Shown: one piece after another, positions 59,527 through 64,000 of the stretch
Position numbering within the stretch: the first letter of the stretch is position 1
Layout: each line of letters begins with the position of its first letter
Origin: an uncultured Candidatus Saccharibacteria bacterium
Lineage (GTDB): Bacteria > Patescibacteriota > Minisyncoccia > Phycocordibacterales > CAIZLB01
DNA length: 64,000 nucleotides
NCBI GenBank assembly: GCA_964627085.1
Contig: CAZVIP010000002.1
Coordinates: 85,151 to 149,150, forward strand
Direction: 5' to 3'
The notes under the pieces: generated by a model
Database searches by the model: none
What the model was told of the DNA's origin: nothing
What the model saw: the letters and a program-made list of their open reading frames with translations, nothing else
Position numbers and translations under genes: made by a program

Positions 59527-60150
59527 ATGCCTGACATATTCAACCTAATTGATCTCATCAAAAGAATCGAAATCTTTTTGATCGACAAAACACTTCAACC
59601 CCTCGCCCGCCTCAGTCAACGCAACCTTGGTCTCGATTGTTTCAATCTTGCAAAAATCGCAATGGTTGTCTCAATTGTCGTCCAGAGTTTTGGCTTATGG
59701 GTGGCCATTGGTCATTTACGCCTATTGCTCAAATATGGAAAAGGGAGCGCGTTTACGACATTTCTTTTCCTTGGTATCCTAACCGCGACGTTTGTAATCA
59801 GCATTCTCTTTTTCAAAAAAAACGGGGAATACTCGTTGATCAAAAAGAAAAAAGCTGGCTACGACGCAGTCGAGCGAGGGGCATGCAACCCATACATGAT
59901 CATGGGCCGGAAATGCCTCTTTTTCCTCCTTGTATACCTGTATAAGCAAATAACACAGCTAATACATGGTGAAAGTTGGTATCTTGGCTTCCAGGGTGCC
60001 TTCCAGCTGGAGACATACTGGGTTGCAGTGGCATTATCCTGCTGCACACCAGATCATCCATCACGCTCATGGAGAAAGAAAGACAAGGCAGTAGAAATGG
60101 CTCCGGCTGAATCACACCCCATACCAAGCCCGATTCCAGCGGAAGCCTGA
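59527..60150 (+). CDS. Membrane protein, paralog B
   Basis: See paralog A. Confidence 0.5.
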   Translation: MPDIFNLIDLIKRIEIFLIDKTLQPLARLSQRNLGLDCFNLAKIAMVVSIVVQSFGLWVAIGHLRLLLKYGKGSAFTTFLFLGILTATFVISILFFKKNGEYSLIKKKKAGYDAVERGACNPYMIMGRKCLFFLLVYLYKQITQLIHGESWYLGFQGAFQLETYWVAVALSCCTPDHPSRSWRKKDKAVEMAPAESHPIPSPIPAEA

Positions 60151-60188
60151 CCCGCTCTCCACCTTGTGAATCATTCTTTTTCAAGAAT

Positions 60189-60249
60189 TAAAACGTATCA
60201 CCAACTTTGCACAATTGTGCACCGTAGGTGATACGTTTTCTTTTTTTTA
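60189..60249 (+). terminator. Strong intrinsic terminator: aaaacgtatcacc...ggtgatacgtttt followed by ctttttttt. The loop contains a nested 14 bp palindrome, tgcacaattgtgca.
   Basis: A 13 bp stem with a T-run of at least 8. The loop palindrome is at 60207-60220. Confidence 0.7.
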
Positions 60250-60313
60250 AGTTAAAACAAAAACACATTGCTGACTTTGCGGATTTTGCACCGGAAGCAA
60301 TATCCTTTTCTTA

Positions 60314-60385
60314 GCCTCAGAACAAATAAAAACACCCTCCCTTGCGTATCTTTGCGTGGGAGGGTGTTTTTATTTGTTCTGAGGC
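60314..60385. repeat. 28 bp perfect inverted repeat with a 16 nt spacer, immediately 3' of the rpoD stop codon. It could form a very stable hairpin and act as a bidirectional terminator.
   Basis: The arms at 60314-60341 (gcctcagaacaaataaaaacaccctccc) and 60358-60385 (gggagggtgtttttatttgttctgaggc) are exact reverse complements. Confidence 0.75.
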
Positions 60386-61824
60386 TAATAATTCTTAAGC
60401 CTATTCACCTTCTCATGCTGCCTGATTTTTTCATGAGCCTTGGCTTCAATCTGTCGGATTCGTTCACGTGTGACACCGAACATCTTTCCTACTTCTTCGA
60501 GTGTGTGCTGGATACCATCGCTGAGACCGTGGCGGAGAGCGAGAATTTCTCGCTCTTTTTCAGATAAGTCGCCGAGAATTTCATTGACCTGATCTGCAAG
60601 AATTCTTCGAGATGATTCCTGGTCTGGAGAAAGAATTTTATCATCTGGGATAAAGTCTCCAAACATAGACTTGTCATCGCCATCTTCACCAACTGGCGCG
60701 TCGAGAGATACAGTATTCTGATCGATCTTCTCAATCATATATACTTTTTCAGGTTCGATACCCATCTCTGTTGCGATTTCCTCTGGAAGTGGTTCACGCC
60801 CGAGATCCTGGAACAGCCTTCGTACTACCTGCTTGTATTTAGCGATAGTTTCCACCATGTGAACCGGCACACGAATTGTTCGTGACTGATCAGCGAGTGC
60901 ACGCGTAATAGATTGTCTAATCCACCATGTCGCATATGTTGAGAATTTGAATCCTTTTGACCAGTCGAATTTATCTACAGCTTTGAACAAACCAAGGTTA
61001 CCTTCCTGGATAAGGTCGAGAAGTGTGAGATCAGGGCTTCGGTTTGCATATTTCTTTGCAATAGAAACTACGAGTCGGAGGTTTGCTTTTGCGAGCAAGT
61101 TCTTTGCTTCATCGTCACCAAGAGCAATTCTTTTGGCGAGCTCTTTTTCTTCATGTGCATTAATAAGTGGATACTGACCAATTTCCTTGAGGTACATTTG
61201 GATAGAGTCGTATGTATCGCTCTTTGATGTACTGTATTTTTTTAGAATATCTTCTGCATCTTTATTAAAATCAAGAAGCCCTCCTCCTTCGAGAACATCA
61301 ACTCCAGCAACAGAAAGTGTTGTATAGAGTTCATCGAGGAACATGACATCATCTTCGATGTGAGGAAATGATTTGAGAATTTCATCGTATGTAACGAAAC
61401 CTCTGTCCTTACCTTTCTGAATCAAATCATCAGCTTTGTGTACCATGTCATGCTTTGCTCTTGAAATTGATCGAAGCTGGGCCTTTTCATCTTTTTCTTG
61501 TGCTTCACTTTTTTCAGGAACCGCATGGTGCTTAGCATGTGATTTTGGATCAACTTTTGCTGAATCTTTTACATGTTCGTCTCGAGTATTTTTTGATGAA
61601 AAAGCAGCACCCTTCGCAGCGTGTTTCGCACTCGCTTTGACCGCATTTTTTGTAGGAGCTTTTTTAGGTGCAACTTTTTTTGCCTTAGCTGGTTTTGCAG
61701 AAGTTTTTGTTACAGCTTTTTTTGTAGTTGCTTTAGCAGCCATAGATTTAGTCTTTTTTGTGGCAGAAGTTGGAGTGGCAGATTTCATCTTTTTTTCTTT
61801 TGTGGGTTTTGTGTTTTTCTTCAT
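60385..61824 (-). CDS. rpoD: RNA polymerase primary sigma factor with a Lys-rich N-terminal extension
   Basis: Region 2 is [40 protein letters not shown] and region 4 is [10 protein letters not shown]...[23 protein letters not shown]. The N-terminal ~100 aa are KKAxK repeats. Confidence 0.9.
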   Translation of the reverse strand: MKKNTKPTKEKKMKSATPTSATKKTKSMAAKATTKKAVTKTSAKPAKAKKVAPKKAPTKNAVKASAKHAAKGAAFSSKNTRDEHVKDSAKVDPKSHAKHHAVPEKSEAQEKDEKAQLRSISRAKHDMVHKADDLIQKGKDRGFVTYDEILKSFPHIEDDVMFLDELYTTLSVAGVDVLEGGGLLDFNKDAEDILKKYSTSKSDTYDSIQMYLKEIGQYPLINAHEEKELAKRIALGDDEAKNLLAKANLRLVVSIAKKYANRSPDLTLLDLIQEGNLGLFKAVDKFDWSKGFKFSTYATWWIRQSITRALADQSRTIRVPVHMVETIAKYKQVVRRLFQDLGREPLPEEIATEMGIEPEKVYMIEKIDQNTVSLDAPVGEDGDDKSMFGDFIPDDKILSPDQESSRRILADQVNEILGDLSEKEREILALRHGLSDGIQHTLEEVGKMFGVTRERIRQIEAKAHEKIRQHEKVNRLKNY

Positions 61825-61852
61825 GGTGTTTATGTTATGTAAATTAATTGGA

Positions 61853-63802
61853 TTATTTTTTAAAGTGTTTCTGCCGCTTCTTAGTTAGTTCCGTGAGTTT
61901 AAGTGATATTTCTTGACACTTTTGGATTATTTCGTCTGATTTTAACCTATCTTTGGCCTTTTCTGCAAGAGACAAATCGGACATGAGCTTGCCTAATTTT
62001 TCTTTGAGCGACCTATCCTCCAGCTCAAAAAGCAGGTCTTCGGCATGCGATATTAAGTTCGTCCCCTTCCCATAGAGCATTTCGGCTTCAAACAGAAGCT
62101 CCTCCTTCGCACTTTGTTTTAATTCTTCAATTATTTCAATGTCGCTTGCTGGCAAAATATTGGCGACGCGTTCATTTAAATCAGCAACTATTTTTTCACC
62201 ATCTTTATACTCACCGTCTTTATTTTCTTTACTCTGACTCTCAATAAACAAAAGCATAGCAATCGTTCTACGGAGCGTGATATCAAGTGGTGTGTTTGCT
62301 TTTGCCCCACTAAACCTTCTTGTGACTTCAAGTGATTCGAACCCAAAGCCACCAGCTTTTTCTTTTTGGAGCATAGCAGGTGTGAGAGCAGATTTCACTC
62401 CATCTTTTTCCATACGAGAAATACATTTCTCAACTTCTTCAGTGAGTGCCTTCTCTGGGATTTTTGATTTGAGTGATACGAGCGAAATCAATTCTGATCG
62501 ACGAATAGCACTTGGTGTGAGCGCAATATCAGGAATCAAATTTTCTTCAATTGCTTTGAGCAATTTATGCTGATCAGGATTATTTTTGAGAAGCATGCCA
62601 AGGTGATATTCAATAATCTGAGTTGAATTTTTGAGGGCTTGAATAAAGGCTTGTTTATCTTTTTGGATTAAAGAGGCCGGATCATCACCATGTGGCAACA
62701 TAACAACCTTCACATCAAAACCAAGTTCAATAGCAAGTCTTTCCCCTCTTCTTGTAGCATTGAATCCAGCATTGTCACCGTCATACATAAAGACTAAATT
62801 TTTCGTCATGCGAGAAATCTTTTCTAGGTGTTTTGGTGTGAGTGCTGTACCTGATGTGGCAACTGCGTTTTTGACATTCACTTGATGTGACATGAGTAAA
62901 TCCATTTGTCCTTCAACAAGTACTGCATAACCCCATTCGCGCATACCTTGTTTGGCCTTGTCGAATCCATACAATACCTCAGATTTATTAAATAGTTCCA
63001 TGTCAGGACTATTGAGATATTTTGGTCCAAATTCTTTTTCATCCTTTCCAAAAATTCTTCCTGAAAAAGCAATCACTCTCCCCGATGTATCAAACAGTGG
63101 GAACATAATTCTTGATCTGAATCTGTCATACATTTTTTCTCTGCCTTCAAAAGAATGTGAGGTGGAATGTGAAGTTCCATTTTGAGCAGTTTGACCAACA
63201 CCTTGTCCTGTATGTGTACCAGAGTTATCAGCAGATTTTTTGACAATAAGACCAACATCAATCAAATCCTGATCAGTGACAGGTTGGCCATCAACTTTTT
63301 GTCCAAGCATAAAGTCCAAAAGATGGCGCCACTCATCGTGAGCAAATCCGATCTTCCATGACTTCACACTCTCCATCGTGAGCCCTCTACCTGTGAGATA
63401 TGCGAGAGCCTTTTTTGATGCCTCGCTTTTTCCTTGTAATAAATTATTTTGGAAAAAAGCGGCCGCAAGATCGATGACTTTATATTGTCTATCTTCTCTA
63501 CTTTTATGTTCTGACTTGAAATCACTTAGTTCGACACCAGCTCTTTCTGCCAAAATTTTGAGAGCACCCATAAAATCGAGCTTCTCGTATTCTTGAACAA
63601 ATGAGAAGATGTCACCTTTTGCGCTACAGCCGAAGCAATAATAGCTTCCACGTGCAGGCGACACAAAAAAGGACGGTGACTTTTCATTATGAAAAGGACA
63701 TTTCGCCTTATAATTTGTGCCTGCATTTTCAAGCTTGATATATGACCCGACCACCTCTGTGATACTGAGTCTTTCTTTTATTTGCTCTGCGGCTGATGCC
63801 AT
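61853..63802 (-). CDS. dnaG: DNA primase
   Basis: The CHC2 zinc finger is [12 protein letters not shown]....YYCFGC. Toprim-domain motifs are VLVEGQMD and YDGDNAG. Confidence 0.9.
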   Translation of the reverse strand: MASAAEQIKERLSITEVVGSYIKLENAGTNYKAKCPFHNEKSPSFFVSPARGSYYCFGCSAKGDIFSFVQEYEKLDFMGALKILAERAGVELSDFKSEHKSREDRQYKVIDLAAAFFQNNLLQGKSEASKKALAYLTGRGLTMESVKSWKIGFAHDEWRHLLDFMLGQKVDGQPVTDQDLIDVGLIVKKSADNSGTHTGQGVGQTAQNGTSHSTSHSFEGREKMYDRFRSRIMFPLFDTSGRVIAFSGRIFGKDEKEFGPKYLNSPDMELFNKSEVLYGFDKAKQGMREWGYAVLVEGQMDLLMSHQVNVKNAVATSGTALTPKHLEKISRMTKNLVFMYDGDNAGFNATRRGERLAIELGFDVKVVMLPHGDDPASLIQKDKQAFIQALKNSTQIIEYHLGMLLKNNPDQHKLLKAIEENLIPDIALTPSAIRRSELISLVSLKSKIPEKALTEEVEKCISRMEKDGVKSALTPAMLQKEKAGGFGFESLEVTRRFSGAKANTPLDITLRRTIAMLLFIESQSKENKDGEYKDGEKIVADLNERVANILPASDIEIIEELKQSAKEELLFEAEMLYGKGTNLISHAEDLLFELEDRSLKEKLGKLMSDLSLAEKAKDRLKSDEIIQKCQEISLKLTELTKKRQKHFKK

Positions 63803-63804
63803 GA

Positions 63805-64000
63805 TTACAATGAGAAGCCTTCTTCAGCTACAACTTCATTTTGAAGATCCTGAATCATCTGATTTTTCGGACTACCCTTGAAGCCTGTACCTGCAGGGAT
63901 AAGTCGACCGATGATAACGTTTTCCATAATACCGTAAAGTGGATCAGTCTGTGCCTTAAGAGAAGCAGCGATAAGCATTCGGTTTGTGTGCTGGAATGAA
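63805..64000 (-). CDS. rpoC: RNA polymerase beta' subunit, C-terminal end (gene continues beyond the window)
   Basis: The reverse translation ...[31 protein letters not shown]... matches the conserved RpoC C-terminal motif [14 protein letters not shown]. The stop codon TAA is at 63805-63807. Confidence 0.8.
   Translation of the reverse strand, partial: SFQHTNRMLIAASLKAQTDPLYGIMENVIIGRLIPAGTGFKGSPKNQMIQDLQNEVVAEEGFSL

Overview
This window is a 64 kb chromosomal segment from a low-GC (~35-38%) bacterium with a small, compact genome. It has the look of a CPR/Patescibacteria-like genome. Evidence: Lys/Ala-rich N-terminal extensions on enolase and sigma-70, a type IV pilus cluster, a single-domain response regulator, and many short genes. 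Recognisable housekeeping genes are rpoC (C-terminal end), dnaG, rpoD, hisS, a truB-like gene, eno, gpmI, dnaX, a dus gene, tlyA, msrA/msrB, DsbA, an AddA-like helicase-nuclease and a PIF1-like helicase. The most system-like accessory feature is a two-gene HerA-like ATPase plus DUF4297-like operon (29103-32074). It sits directly beside a tRNA-Gln(UUG) gene, at the end of a ~7 kb AT-rich block of DUF2726, MBL-fold, DUF2188 and membrane genes that looks like a defence or integration island. Other notable features are scattered GC-rich (~45-52%) ORFs and GC-rich noncoding islands in an AT-rich background. Two of the noncoding islands are bracketed by a promoter and/or an intrinsic terminator. There are two divergent paralogous membrane-protein genes that share an almost identical ~53 bp promoter/operator. 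A 28 bp perfect inverted repeat lies immediately 3' of rpoD. A ~1400 aa cell-surface protein carries four tandem modules, FN3 domains and a peptidoglycan-binding domain. No CRISPR array, rRNA gene or obvious transposase was found. All calls come from reading the sequence and ORF translations by eye; no database search was run.
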